A stretch of 64,000 nucleotides of DNA from Hyalangium minutum (GCF_000737315.1 NZ_JMCB01000005.1:62001-126000); one strand, 5' to 3'. Shown: positions 38,689 to 48,047, counted from the stretch's first letter. Numbers and translations are program-made. The notes: generated by a model from the sequence alone, not told the origin.

Positions 38689-39828
38689 TCAGGCGCTGGC
38701 CGATTGAGCGGGGGAGGGCGTGGCTGCGGCGCGGAGGTGGACCCAGAAGCGGGTGCCCTGGCCGGGTTGGCTCTCCACGCCGATGCGGCCGCCCATCTCG
38801 GTCACGAGGCGGCGGCAGATGAAGAGTCCCAGCCCGGTGCCCTCGCCCAGGGGCTTGGTGGTGAAGAACGGCTCGAAGATGCGCTCGTGCAGCTCCGCAG
38901 GGATTCCAGGCCCGGTGTCGCGGATCTCCACGCGCACGGTGTCGGGCAGGGAGCGCCGGGTGACGACGTGGATGGCGTGCTCGTGGCTGCTGCCTTCAGG
39001 GAGGGCCTGCGCGGCATTGATGACGAGGTTGAGGAAGATCTGCGCCAGTCGGGCCTCGCTGCCGTGGACGGTGGAGGCCTCGCCGTAGTCCTTGATGAGC
39101 TGGGCGCGGGGGAAGACCTGGTTCCACGCCATGCGGAGGGCGGAGTCCAGCACGCGGTGCAGATCCGTGGGACCGAGCGGCTGGGCCTCGGGCCGGGCGA
39201 AGACCTTGATGTCGCGGATGATCTCCTGGATGTGCTGGGCGCACTCGGAGGCGTTGCGCAGGGCCTGGACGTCATCCTCCTGCAGGGACCGCTCGCGGGC
39301 GGAGTTCAGGGTGAAGTCCAGGTTCATCATCAGCGAGGAGAGCGGGTTGTTGATCTCGTGGGCCACGCCCGCGGCGAGCAGGCCCAGCGCTGCGAGCCGG
39401 TCCGAGAGCAGGAGCCGCTCCTGCATCCGGCGGCGCTCGGCGCGGACCTCGGCCTCGCGCAGCTCGCGGGCCAGGGCGGGGCCCAGGCGCGCCAGCCGAT
39501 CCTTGAAGAGGAAGTCATGGACGCCGCTCTTCATGGCTTCCACGGCGGTGTCCTCGCCCACAGCGCCGGACACGATGAGGAAGGGCAGGTCGAGCCCGCG
39601 CTCCTTCACGAGCGGAAGCGCCGCCAGCCCGTTGAAGCCCGGGAGGACATAGTCGGAGATGATCGCGTCCCACGGTCCTTCATTCAGGGCGCGCTCAATC
39701 TCCTCGAGCGATTCGACGCGGGTAAGGGATGGCTCATAGCCACAGCTCCGAAGTTCCGAGAGCAGCAGGAGCTCATCATCCTCGGAGTCTTCGATGAGGA
39801 GCAGGCGCAACGGCTGGCCACCACCCAT
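38689..39828 (-). CDS. Hybrid REC-HisKA-HATPase sensor kinase
   Basis: LLIEDSEDD, ISDYVLP (phospho-Asp), FLFKD; GVAHEINNPL H-box; NLVINA, DTGPGI, FEPFFTTK, GTGLGL. Confidence 0.9.
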   Translation of the reverse strand: MGGGQPLRLLLIEDSEDDELLLLSELRSCGYEPSLTRVESLEEIERALNEGPWDAIISDYVLPGFNGLAALPLVKERGLDLPFLIVSGAVGEDTAVEAMKSGVHDFLFKDRLARLGPALARELREAEVRAERRRMQERLLLSDRLAALGLLAAGVAHEINNPLSSLMMNLDFTLNSARERSLQEDDVQALRNASECAQHIQEIIRDIKVFARPEAQPLGPTDLHRVLDSALRMAWNQVFPRAQLIKDYGEASTVHGSEARLAQIFLNLVINAAQALPEGSSHEHAIHVVTRRSLPDTVRVEIRDTGPGIPAELHERIFEPFFTTKPLGEGTGLGLFICRRLVTEMGGRIGVESQPGQGTRFWVHLRAAATPSPAQSASA

Positions 39829-39982
39829 TCACGAACCTCGCACATCCTCCGTGTATCAGCGCGGAGGTCGAGGACAATATACCGCCGCGTTTCTGGCGGA
39901 TCAGCGGTCGTGAGGGTGAGCCGCTGTCGAAAAAGAGCCGCTCCGGCCAGGACAGCACCGGAGCGGCCTACGGCTCGGGGTC

Positions 39983-40348
39983 TCAGTGCTTCGGCTTGGC
40001 CGGAGCATCCGAGGCGCTGCGCTTCTCCTCCTGGAGCGTCGTCGCGCCCGTGAGCGTCAGGTACGGCTTGAGCTTCTGGAACTTCTTCTTCCCGAAGCCC
40101 TTCACGCGCACCAATTCCTCAACGCGCTTGAAGGGGTGCTTCTCCCGGTGATCGAGGATGCGGTCCACCGCCTTCCTCCCCACGCCCGGCAGCCGGTCCA
40201 GCTCCTCCGGTGTGGCCTCGTTGAGGTTCACCACGCCGGAGTACTGCATCTGCGTGCGGCGCCGCCCTGCCTCCGCCACCCCAGGCCCCAGCAGCACGAG
40301 CCCGAGCACCATCATCACCCCCATCCCCAGCACCGCACGCCCGCTCAC
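39983..40348 (-). CDS. comEA: ComEA-family helix-hairpin-helix DNA-binding protein
   Basis: N-terminal hydrophobic segment; VNLNEATPEELDRLPGVG..AVDRI, FKRVEELVRVKGFGKK. Confidence 0.85.
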   Translation of the reverse strand: MSGRAVLGMGVMMVLGLVLLGPGVAEAGRRRTQMQYSGVVNLNEATPEELDRLPGVGRKAVDRILDHREKHPFKRVEELVRVKGFGKKKFQKLKPYLTLTGATTLQEEKRSASDAPAKPKH

Positions 40349-40593
40349 GAGTGGCCCTCCATCAGCGCCGGCTCGAGCCCCGCCTCCGACCCGAAGCGCC
40401 CGCTGGCCTGAGCGCCGTCCCGCTTGTCCGCGGCCTCGCGCACGTGCAGCTTCCCGTCCAGGGGCAGCACATCCAGCAGCACGTTCAGCGAGCCGTCCTT
40501 GTTCACGAAGGCGCTCCCCGCACGCACCCAGATGCTCCCGCCCTTGCCCTCCCGAATGGAGAACACCGCCAACCTCTTTCCTGCCGTCAGCAT
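40345..40593 (-). CDS. Small conserved beta-sheet protein, putative ssDNA-binding (DUF736/PC4-like pattern)
   Basis: ATG 40593 after AGGAG/AGGTAGG; IWVRAGSAFVNKDGSLNVLLDVLPLDGKLHVRE with a flexible acidic tail; stop overlaps the comEA GTG (GTGA). Confidence 0.7.
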   Translation of the reverse strand: MLTAGKRLAVFSIREGKGGSIWVRAGSAFVNKDGSLNVLLDVLPLDGKLHVREAADKRDGAQASGRFGSEAGLEPALMEGHS

Positions 40594-40747
40594 CGTCCTA
40601 CCTCGCTCCTTCACACTCCCGCGCCACCCATGGCGTGGGCGCCTCATCGGCTTCGACCGCCTGAGGTCGCAGGAGCCCAAAGCAGGCGCCGTGCCAACGG
40701 CACTTCCCCTCGGAGAGGCTGTGAAAGAGAGCGTTTCGGAGCCCCGT

Positions 40748-40789
40748 ACCGTCCACCGCCGTGGACTGCCGTGGACGGTCGTGGATGGG
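40748..40789. repeat. Three 10-bp-phased CGTGGA direct repeats overlapping an inverted repeat
   Basis: CGTGGACTGC|CGTGGACGGT|CGTGGATGGG at 40760/40770/40780; ACCGTCCAC...GTGGACGGT inverted repeat at 40748-40779. Confidence 0.6.
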
Positions 40790-40801
40790 GAGCCCGGAGG
40801 A

Positions 40802-41458
40802 CTACTTCCTGGAGGACTTCTTCGTGGCCGTCTTCTTCCGCGCCGCGCCCGCCTTCTTCGCGGCGGACTTCTTCGTGGCGGCCTTCCTCGGAGCCGGGGC
40901 GCTGGCCTCCTCCTCCTGCTCGCGCGCGGCCTCGGCGACTTCCTCGACGGCCTTCGTGTTCTGCTTCCGGAAGCGCTCGAACCCCTCCCTCGAGAAGACC
41001 GAGGTGCCTTCCTCCCGAGCCCGCCGGAACACCTCCTTGAGGGCGGTGCGGCTGAGCTGCGGGTTCTTGTAGTACTCCATCGCCACCCGGCCCATGGCCC
41101 AGTTGGCGGCGTACGCGGGAGCCACCGTCAGGAGCGCGCCGAGCACCGGGATGAGCGCCTTGATGCCCTGCCGTGCCAGCAGGCCCACGCCTGCGGTGGT
41201 GCCCAGCTCGATGAGGAGCTCCTGCGCCGAGGCCTTGGTCACCTTGCGCCCGTAGATGTGCCCCACCGTCATCACCATGCCGGTCTGGATGGGCAGCGTC
41301 AGCACCACGTCCGTCAGCGGCAGCGGCGAGATGGCCACCAGCGCCACCGCGTACGAGCTCATGTTGATGACATCCCGAGCCATCGCGTCCCGCTCCTTCG
41401 CGGGCACCTTGCTGAAGTCCCGTGTGCGGATGTCATCCAATGTGTCGAGCCACGACAT
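40802..41458 (-). CDS. DUF697/YcjF-family membrane protein with Lys/Ala-rich tail
   Basis: ATG 41458 after AGGAGA; SPLPLTD...LPIQTGMV..VG.IYG, GALL..A.A...A.GR pattern; tail RKAATKKSAAKKAGAARKKTATKK. Confidence 0.75.
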   Translation of the reverse strand: MSWLDTLDDIRTRDFSKVPAKERDAMARDVINMSSYAVALVAISPLPLTDVVLTLPIQTGMVMTVGHIYGRKVTKASAQELLIELGTTAGVGLLARQGIKALIPVLGALLTVAPAYAANWAMGRVAMEYYKNPQLSRTALKEVFRRAREEGTSVFSREGFERFRKQNTKAVEEVAEAAREQEEEASAPAPRKAATKKSAAKKAGAARKKTATKKSSRK

Positions 41459-41643
41459 GGTCGTCTTCTCCTGGACTGGTCGCACGGAGCATACCCGGAC
41501 GTTGCTCGCTGAACAGGACGCGCGCGGAGGGAGCGGCTCCCGCCGAAAATGCCACTGGGAGTGGACGGTGGGCGAGGCACTGGTCAGCCCCGGAGGGCAT
41601 GCACAGGTTCTGTCCTCGATTCTGGCAGGGGGAGGTGGTTGGC

Positions 41644-42177
41644 GTGGCGCTTCGGTTCTCCTTACTGGCGTCTCAGTTGCTGCAGGATCGCGAGTCCGTG
41701 CTGAAGGCGGTCTCCTGGCCGGTGCTGGTGTGGGAATCTCCACCGCCCCGCAAGGAGGCCCCGCTGGGCTTCGCGCGCTCCACGCTGTCCAATATCCGCT
41801 TCTCACGGCCCACCGCCTCCGAGCCGCTCGTGCTTGAGCTGCACAAGCGCATCGCCGATGTGGACGAGGTGACGCTGGGCCGCTCGCCCGACTGTGACAT
41901 TGTCATCGACGACCCCACTGTGTCGCGGCTGCACGCCGTGTTCCGCAAGGAGCCGCACACGGGCATGTGGCAGGTGGTGGATGCCGAGAGCCACAACGGC
42001 ACCTTCCAGGCGGGCGTGCTCATCGTCCCGGGCCGCCCGACGCCGCTGTTCGATCGGGCCTCGCTGCGCTTCGGGGCCGTGGAGATGTCCTTCCTGCAGG
42101 CGCCCGCTTTCGAGCAGTACGTGCACGCCCGAGCGCGCTCCCAGGTGCGCTTGACGAGCGTGGGCGTAAACCCATAG
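41644..42177 (+). CDS. FHA-domain protein
   Basis: GTG 41644 after GGAGG; LGRSPDCDIVIDDPTVSRLHA and DAESHNGT FHA motifs. Confidence 0.85.
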   Translation: MALRFSLLASQLLQDRESVLKAVSWPVLVWESPPPRKEAPLGFARSTLSNIRFSRPTASEPLVLELHKRIADVDEVTLGRSPDCDIVIDDPTVSRLHAVFRKEPHTGMWQVVDAESHNGTFQAGVLIVPGRPTPLFDRASLRFGAVEMSFLQAPAFEQYVHARARSQVRLTSVGVNP

Positions 42178-42400
42178 AAGGGCCGCGCCTTTGGGTGCCC
42201 ATGCAGGGCACGCAAGAGGGAAGCCGGTGGAAATCCGGCGCGGTCCCGCCACTGTATGTGGGCAGCCCTGTCGGTCAGGGCCGGGGTCCTCGGCAGTCCC
42301 CACTCGAGAGGGTTGTCTCGGGGAAGGGGGAGGACTTCTTCCGGAGAGGCGCAGCGTGCGCCCTCACCCGGAGCCCATGAGCCAGGAGACCTGCCCAGAG
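42178..42400 (+). ncRNA. Cobalamin (AdoCbl) riboswitch
   Basis: GGTGCCC...AAGAGGGAAGCCGGTGGAAATCCGGCGCGGTCCCGCCACTGT (B12 box)...CCCACT...GGGAAGG...GAGCCAGGAGACCTGCC, directly upstream of a TonB-dependent receptor. Confidence 0.93.
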
Positions 42401-42467
42401 GTCCGGCCGCTCGCAAGGCGGCTCCGGATGGCCTTCTCTCTTCGATGGAGAGAGCGGAAGGCGGAGC

Positions 42468-44513
42468 ATGGGGCGGTCATCTCTTGCCGGGCTCGGTTTG
42501 TGTCTGGCGCTCACCCTGAATGGAATCGCGCGAGCCCAAGGGGCTCCTGACGCGAGCACTCCTGCGCCCACCGCCCCGGGCGAGCAGGCTCCCATCATTA
42601 TTGATGCGGTAGAGCCCGAGGACGCGCTCATCTCCGCTCCAGAGGTGGAGGTCCAGGCGACGCGCCCGCCCGAGCCCATGACTTCGGCCCGGCAGAGGGA
42701 CCCCAGTGGGGCGCTCACCATCATTGATACGGCGGTCTTTGGCGGAGCCGCGAAGGATGCCGCCGAGGTGCTCTCCACCTCCGCGGGCGTGCAGGTGCAG
42801 GACAGCGGCGGCTACGGGCAGAGCAAGAACCTGGTGGTGCGCGGCGCCTCGCCGAATGGCTCGCTGCTGTTGCTGGATGGCATTCCCCTGAATGGAGCGG
42901 GTGGGGTGGTGGACCTGTCTCGGGTGCCGCTGGCGATGGTGGAGCGCTTCGAGGTGCTCCGCGGGGGCGCGGGGGCGCGCTACGGCTCAGGAGGGCTGGG
43001 CGGCGTGGTGAACGTCGTCACCCGGCGGCCGGGAGAGCAGGCGCGCGTGGCGGGAGAGGCCACGTATGGAAGCTGGGGCACGCAGCTCGGCTGGCTGTCC
43101 GCGACGGGCCCGCTCGCGGGGGTGGATGCGCTGCTGCTGGTGCATGGTGGGCGCTCCGAGGGCGACTTTTCGTTCCTCTTCGACCCGAGCCCCGCGTTCC
43201 CGGGAGATGCGCTGGAGGAGCGCCGCCGGACCAACAATGACGCGCGTGGAGCGGGAGGACTGCTTCGGCTGCGGCGCACTTCGGAGCGCGGCCTCGAGGT
43301 GGACCTGCTGACCGAGCTGTTCGCGGATGACCGGGGGCTCGCAGGCACCGCGGTCAATCCGAGCCCGGACACGCGGCAGAGCACGCAGCGCGCATCGGCC
43401 AGCCTCCGCGTCTCGGGCGAGCGGGAGGGCGTGCGCGGCTCCGCGCGGGCATGGTTCCGAGGAGAGCGTCTGAGTCTGGAGGGTGGGCCTCAGGCAGTGC
43501 AGGGCTCCCAGACGCAGCGGGTGGGTGGCGTGGAGGTGGAGGCGCGGAAGCTGCTGGGCGGCTGGCATGGCCTGTCGGCGGCGGTGACCGTCACGGGCGA
43601 GGACGTGACGGACGCGGAGCTCGTCTCCGGTGAGGACTCTCGACCGAGCTGGCTGCGCGCCAGCGTCATGGTGATGGACGAGCTGGTGCTGGTGGGCGGC
43701 CAGCTGCTCGTTGCGCCGTCGATACGAGTGGAGCGCGCCGGGCCGCACACGCTGCTGTCGCCGAAGGTGGGCGCCACGCTGTCGCTGCCGTGGAGCCTGG
43801 AGCTGCGCGCCAACGCTGGGCAGGCGCACCGGGCTCCGTCCTTCCAGGAGCTGTACGTGCGCCAGGGGCTGCTGCTGCCGAACGCCGCGCTCCGCCCCGA
43901 GCGGGCGCTCTACGCGGATCTCGCGGTGGTGCATCGCACCGAGCGCTCGCTGGCCTCGGTGGGCGGCTTCTACAGTCTCTACGAGGACCTGATCGCCTAC
44001 GAGCTCTACCCGCCGTTCTCCGCCAAGCCCTTCAACTTCGCCGCCGCGAGCGTGGCCGGGCTGGAGGCCGAGGGCGAGTGGCGTCCCGCTCCGTGGGTGT
44101 CGGGCACGCTGGGCTACACGCTGCTCGTCTCGCGCAACCTCCGGGACGACGTGCGCTACTACCGCAAGGAGCTGCCGTACCGTCCGCGCCACAAGCTGAG
44201 CGCGCGCGTGTCCGGCGGTCCGCGCTGGCTCACCGGGCGCGTGGAGGTGGCCTCGCAGTCCGCGCAGTTCACCAACCGCACCGAAGAGGCCGTGTTGCCG
44301 GGGCGGACGTTCGTCCACGCGGGGGCCTCCAGCACCTTCGGGCACTCTCCCGAGCTGACCCTCTCCGTGGAGCTGAAGAACGTCTTCGACGCGCACGCCG
44401 AGGACCTCAACGGCTACCCCCTTCCAGGCCGCTCCGCTTACGTGACGCTCACGGCGGCGTTCGGTGGCACTTCCCCCAGCAGTTCCCCCTCACAAAGGAC
44501 GGAAGTTCGATGA
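42468..44513 (+). CDS. btuB: TonB-dependent cobalamin receptor
   Basis: Plug motifs VRGA...LLLDGIPL, VERFEVLRG..GARYG..GLGGVVNVVT; barrel end KNVFD......GYPLPGRS.YV; B12 riboswitch upstream. Confidence 0.85.
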   Translation: MGRSSLAGLGLCLALTLNGIARAQGAPDASTPAPTAPGEQAPIIIDAVEPEDALISAPEVEVQATRPPEPMTSARQRDPSGALTIIDTAVFGGAAKDAAEVLSTSAGVQVQDSGGYGQSKNLVVRGASPNGSLLLLDGIPLNGAGGVVDLSRVPLAMVERFEVLRGGAGARYGSGGLGGVVNVVTRRPGEQARVAGEATYGSWGTQLGWLSATGPLAGVDALLLVHGGRSEGDFSFLFDPSPAFPGDALEERRRTNNDARGAGGLLRLRRTSERGLEVDLLTELFADDRGLAGTAVNPSPDTRQSTQRASASLRVSGEREGVRGSARAWFRGERLSLEGGPQAVQGSQTQRVGGVEVEARKLLGGWHGLSAAVTVTGEDVTDAELVSGEDSRPSWLRASVMVMDELVLVGGQLLVAPSIRVERAGPHTLLSPKVGATLSLPWSLELRANAGQAHRAPSFQELYVRQGLLLPNAALRPERALYADLAVVHRTERSLASVGGFYSLYEDLIAYELYPPFSAKPFNFAAASVAGLEAEGEWRPAPWVSGTLGYTLLVSRNLRDDVRYYRKELPYRPRHKLSARVSGGPRWLTGRVEVASQSAQFTNRTEEAVLPGRTFVHAGASSTFGHSPELTLSVELKNVFDAHAEDLNGYPLPGRSAYVTLTAAFGGTSPSSSPSQRTEVR

Positions 44514-46087
44514 GAAGTACGTTGACGGTGACAATAGTGGCCCTGGGCCTGTGGCTGAGTGGCTGTCCGGATTCCGGCGCGGAGTGCAGCGAGGGCCTGA
44601 CCCTCTGCTCCGACCAGTGCGAGGACCTCACCAGCTCCACCTCGAACTGCGGTGCGTGCGGCAACACCTGTGGGAGCGGGCAGGTGTGTTCGGAAGGAGC
44701 CTGCCGGTGCCAAGAGGGCGCCACCCTCTGTGCCGGGCAGTGCACCGTCACCGCGACCGATGCGAACAACTGCGGCGCCTGTGGTGTCTCTTGCGGCCAG
44801 GGCCGGGTGTGCGAGAGCGGCCAGTGCAAGGTGAACTGCTCCCAGGGCCTCACGCGCTGCGGGGACTCGTGCGTGGACCTCGCGAAGGACGCGGGACACT
44901 GCGGCACCTGCGAGACGGCGTGCACGGATGCGAAGAGCTGCCACTCGGGCGTGTGCACGTATGACGTCGTCGCGGCCTGCTTCAACACGGGCCAGGTGGT
45001 GGGCCTCCAGGCGGGCTCGGACCTGAAGGGCCCCAACCGGGCCATCGGCGACCACCCGCAGTCGGTGGCGCCCATGCAGGATGTGCTGCTGGTGCTCGAC
45101 ACCGCGAAGAAGCTGCGCGAGGCCCGGCTCGTGGACTACGTCTCCCTGCCGAAGGCTGCGGACACCGACGACGCGCCCAACCAGGTGCTCGTCGAGGACC
45201 CCTACGTCTACGTCCTCAACTCCTCCAGCAACACGCTGCTGGTGCTCCAGCGCAAGACGGCGCCCGGCACGCTCACCGAGGGCACACGCTTCCCGCAGGG
45301 GCTCGGGCTGGAGCCGGTGGCCCGGGTGGACTTCGGTGCCAGCTCCAACCCGTTCGCCATGGCCCGGCTCGGCACGGACCTGTGGGTCACCCTGTATGGC
45401 AACTTCTTCGGAGACCTGTCCGCCGGCGGCAAGGTGGCTCGCGTCAGCCTGGCCAATCCCGCCCAGCCGGAGCTGACCTCGCCGCTGGTCCAGCTGCCCT
45501 CGGGCGATGCGCTCCAGCCGTTCCCGGATAGAAGCCCTGTTCCCACCCCCTCGGGCATCGTCGCCCACCGCGGCTTCCTCTATGTGGCGCTCAACAACCT
45601 GGACCCGAACACCTATGGGCCCGGCGGCCCCGGCCTCGTCGCGAAGATCGATCCGCAGACCCGCGAGGTGAAGTACCTCCCGCTCGGGGACGGGTGCCTC
45701 AACGCGGGCTGGCTTGCCCCCGTGGGGAACAAGCTGGTGGTGAGCTGCGCGGGCGAGGCCACCTATGACGCCAGCTACAACCTCACCGCCGTGAAGAAGT
45801 CGTCCCTGGTGCTGCTGGATGAGCAGGACGCCGCCGTCTCCACCTGGGCCCTCGCGTGCCCCGAGTCGAGCACCTCCTGCGCGCTGCCCTCCGCTGGCCG
45901 CTTCGCCGTGGTGGGTAACCGCATCTACCTGGGTGACAACAACGCGGGCCGCATCTTCGTCGTCGACGTCACCGGGAACACGCTCACCGAGGTGCGCGGC
46001 CTCAGTGGCCAGAAGCAGCCCCCTATCCCCGCCTGCCAGCGCGAGTCCGGCTTCTCCCTCGTGGGAGACGTCGTCGCCATTCCGTAG
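44510..46087 (+). CDS. MXAN_6577-like Cys-rich lipoprotein with C-terminal YncE-like beta-propeller
   Basis: ATG overlaps the btuB TGA; lipobox WLSGC; three C..G.T.C...C.DL..D..NCG.CG..C repeats; then ~400 aa of blade-like repeats (PNQVLV..YVYVLNS, PFAMA..LWVTLY, PSGIVA..FLYVAL). Confidence 0.8.
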   Translation: MRSTLTVTIVALGLWLSGCPDSGAECSEGLTLCSDQCEDLTSSTSNCGACGNTCGSGQVCSEGACRCQEGATLCAGQCTVTATDANNCGACGVSCGQGRVCESGQCKVNCSQGLTRCGDSCVDLAKDAGHCGTCETACTDAKSCHSGVCTYDVVAACFNTGQVVGLQAGSDLKGPNRAIGDHPQSVAPMQDVLLVLDTAKKLREARLVDYVSLPKAADTDDAPNQVLVEDPYVYVLNSSSNTLLVLQRKTAPGTLTEGTRFPQGLGLEPVARVDFGASSNPFAMARLGTDLWVTLYGNFFGDLSAGGKVARVSLANPAQPELTSPLVQLPSGDALQPFPDRSPVPTPSGIVAHRGFLYVALNNLDPNTYGPGGPGLVAKIDPQTREVKYLPLGDGCLNAGWLAPVGNKLVVSCAGEATYDASYNLTAVKKSSLVLLDEQDAAVSTWALACPESSTSCALPSAGRFAVVGNRIYLGDNNAGRIFVVDVTGNTLTEVRGLSGQKQPPIPACQRESGFSLVGDVVAIP

Positions 46088-46099
46088 GAGACTGCCCTC

Positions 46100-46963
46100 A
46101 TGAGAGTCCGCCTCACTCCGTTGCTCCTGCTCGCCGCGCTGGTCTTCTCCGGCGTGGCGGGCGCCGCCGATGCGCAGCCTGGGCCCCGGTGGCTGGGACC
46201 GAAGAAGCCCGCGAAGGTGCAGCGCGTGGTGACGCTGGCTCCGTCCCTCTCGGAGATGGTGATCGCCCTGGGGGCGGGCAGCTCTCTGGTGGGGGTGTCC
46301 CGCTTCGACACGGACAAGAGCGTGGAGAAGCTGCCCCGCGTGGGCGGCTTCGTGGATCCGTCCGTGGAGGCCGTCATCGCGCTCAAGCCGGACGTGGTGC
46401 TCGTCCAGCCGGGCCCTGGCAACCAGCGGCCCGTGGAGCGCATGGCCGAGCTCGGCGTCCCCGTGCTCCTGCTGCCCCTGCACACCGTGGCGGACACGCT
46501 CGCCGCCTTGCGTGCGGTGGGGCAGGCGCTCAGCCGCGTCCAGGAGGCCGACGCGCTCGTCTCCCGCATCGAGGCCATCCGGTCCCGCATCCGCGAGGCG
46601 GCGAAGAAGCTGCCCACGCCGCGTGTGCTGCTTGCCTATGGCTTCGAGCCACTGGTGGTCGCTGGGCCAGGCTCCTTCGCGGACGAGCTGCTGCGCGACG
46701 CCGGGGCCGTGAACGTCGCGGCGGATGCAGGCTCCGCCTACCCCGTCTATTCGGTGGAGCGCGCGGTGCGGGCCAAGCCTGACGTGGTGGTGGATGCGGC
46801 GGATGTGGACGTGGGCAAGGAGAAGATCCAGGCTCTGCCCGGGCTGTCCGCCGCGCGCTGGGTAGAGGTGCCATCCTTCGCGCTGCTGCAGCCTGGGCCC
46901 TCGCTGGGAAAGGGCCTCGAAGAGTTGTTCGGGCTGTTGCATCCGGGCGTCCAGGTCCGCTAG
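46100..46963 (+). CDS. btuF: Cobalamin ABC transporter periplasmic binding protein
   Basis: RVVTLAPSLSEMVIALG, VGG..DPSVEAVIALKPD helical-backbone pattern. Confidence 0.8.
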   Translation: MRVRLTPLLLLAALVFSGVAGAADAQPGPRWLGPKKPAKVQRVVTLAPSLSEMVIALGAGSSLVGVSRFDTDKSVEKLPRVGGFVDPSVEAVIALKPDVVLVQPGPGNQRPVERMAELGVPVLLLPLHTVADTLAALRAVGQALSRVQEADALVSRIEAIRSRIREAAKKLPTPRVLLAYGFEPLVVAGPGSFADELLRDAGAVNVAADAGSAYPVYSVERAVRAKPDVVVDAADVDVGKEKIQALPGLSAARWVEVPSFALLQPGPSLGKGLEELFGLLHPGVQVR

Positions 46964-46976
46964 CGGAGGAGAGGGA

Positions 46977-48044
46977 GTGACACGGCAGGGAAGGAGGCTG
47001 AGCGCCTCGCGGGTCCTCGGCCTGGGTGCCGCGGGCCTTGTGCTGTTGGCCGTCGCCTTCGCTATCGCCGTCCGCTTTGGCGAGCAGCCCATCTCCCTCT
47101 CCGCTGCGCTCGGCGATCCGCAGTCGAGCGACGCCGTCATCTTCTGGTCCCTGCGTCTGCCCCGCGCCCTGCTGGGCATCATCGTCGGCGCGGGGCTCGC
47201 GGCATCCGGAACCACGCTCCAGGGTCTGCTGCGCAACCCGCTGGCGGATCCGTTCGTGCTCGGCGTCTCCGGTGGTGCCGCCCTGGGCGCTACGCTCGCG
47301 CTGGCGTTGGGGCTGGCCACGGTGGGGCAGGTGGCCCCGGGGCTGTTCGGCGGGCTCTCGCGGCTCTCGGGGCCCGCGCTCCTGGCATTCGCCGGTGCGG
47401 GAGGCTCCGTGCTCTTCGTTCTCGCCGCCAGCCGGGGCCACTCCTCGCGGGCGCCTTATGCCGCGCTGCTCACGGGCGTGGTCTTCAACGCGTTCGCCTC
47501 CGCCGCCATCACGCTCATCAAGACGCTGTCCGCCCCGGATCGCCTGGGAGAGATTCTCTACTGGCTGGCGGGCTCGCTCGGTTACGAGCGCGGTGCCACG
47601 CTGGGGCTGGCCGCGCTGCTCCAGCTCGCCGCCATCGCGGTGATGGTGGCGCTCTCCGGACGGCTCAACTTGATGATGCTCGGGGACGAGGATGCCGCGG
47701 CCCTGGGAGTTCCCGTGGCCCGCACGCGGCGCCTGTTGCTGCTGGCCACCAGCGCGAGCGTCGCCGGAGCCGTGGCCCTCACGGGCTTGATTGGCTTCGT
47801 GGGCCTCATCGTGCCGCACGTGCTGCGACTGGCCTTCGGGCCGGATCAGCGGCTGCTCGTCCCGCTCTCCGCGCTGGGAGGCGCCGCGTTCCTGGTGCTG
47901 GCGGACGTGCTGGCGCGGGTGTCCTTCGCTTTCTTCGGCAACGAGCTGCCCGTTGGCGTCATCACGGCTCTGCTCGGCGGCCCCCTCTTCATTGCCCTGC
48001 TGTACCGGCGGGGCGGCGCCCCACGAGCAGAGGGCCGGGGGTGA
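46977..48044 (+). CDS. btuC: FecCD/BtuC-family ABC permease
   Basis: LRLPRALL, LQGLLRNPLADP..LGVSGGA, GLIGFVGLIVPH..R, ELPVGVITALLGGP.F. Confidence 0.88.
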   Translation: MTRQGRRLSASRVLGLGAAGLVLLAVAFAIAVRFGEQPISLSAALGDPQSSDAVIFWSLRLPRALLGIIVGAGLAASGTTLQGLLRNPLADPFVLGVSGGAALGATLALALGLATVGQVAPGLFGGLSRLSGPALLAFAGAGGSVLFVLAASRGHSSRAPYAALLTGVVFNAFASAAITLIKTLSAPDRLGEILYWLAGSLGYERGATLGLAALLQLAAIAVMVALSGRLNLMMLGDEDAAALGVPVARTRRLLLLATSASVAGAVALTGLIGFVGLIVPHVLRLAFGPDQRLLVPLSALGGAAFLVLADVLARVSFAFFGNELPVGVITALLGGPLFIALLYRRGGAPRAEGRG

Positions 48045-48047
48045 CAC

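Noticed and set aside
44440-44513. btuB does not end in Phe (possible frameshift)
   Set aside because: The barrel-terminal ...YVTLTAAF is intact with a short Ser/Pro tail, and the stop overlaps the next ATG, indicating normal coupling.
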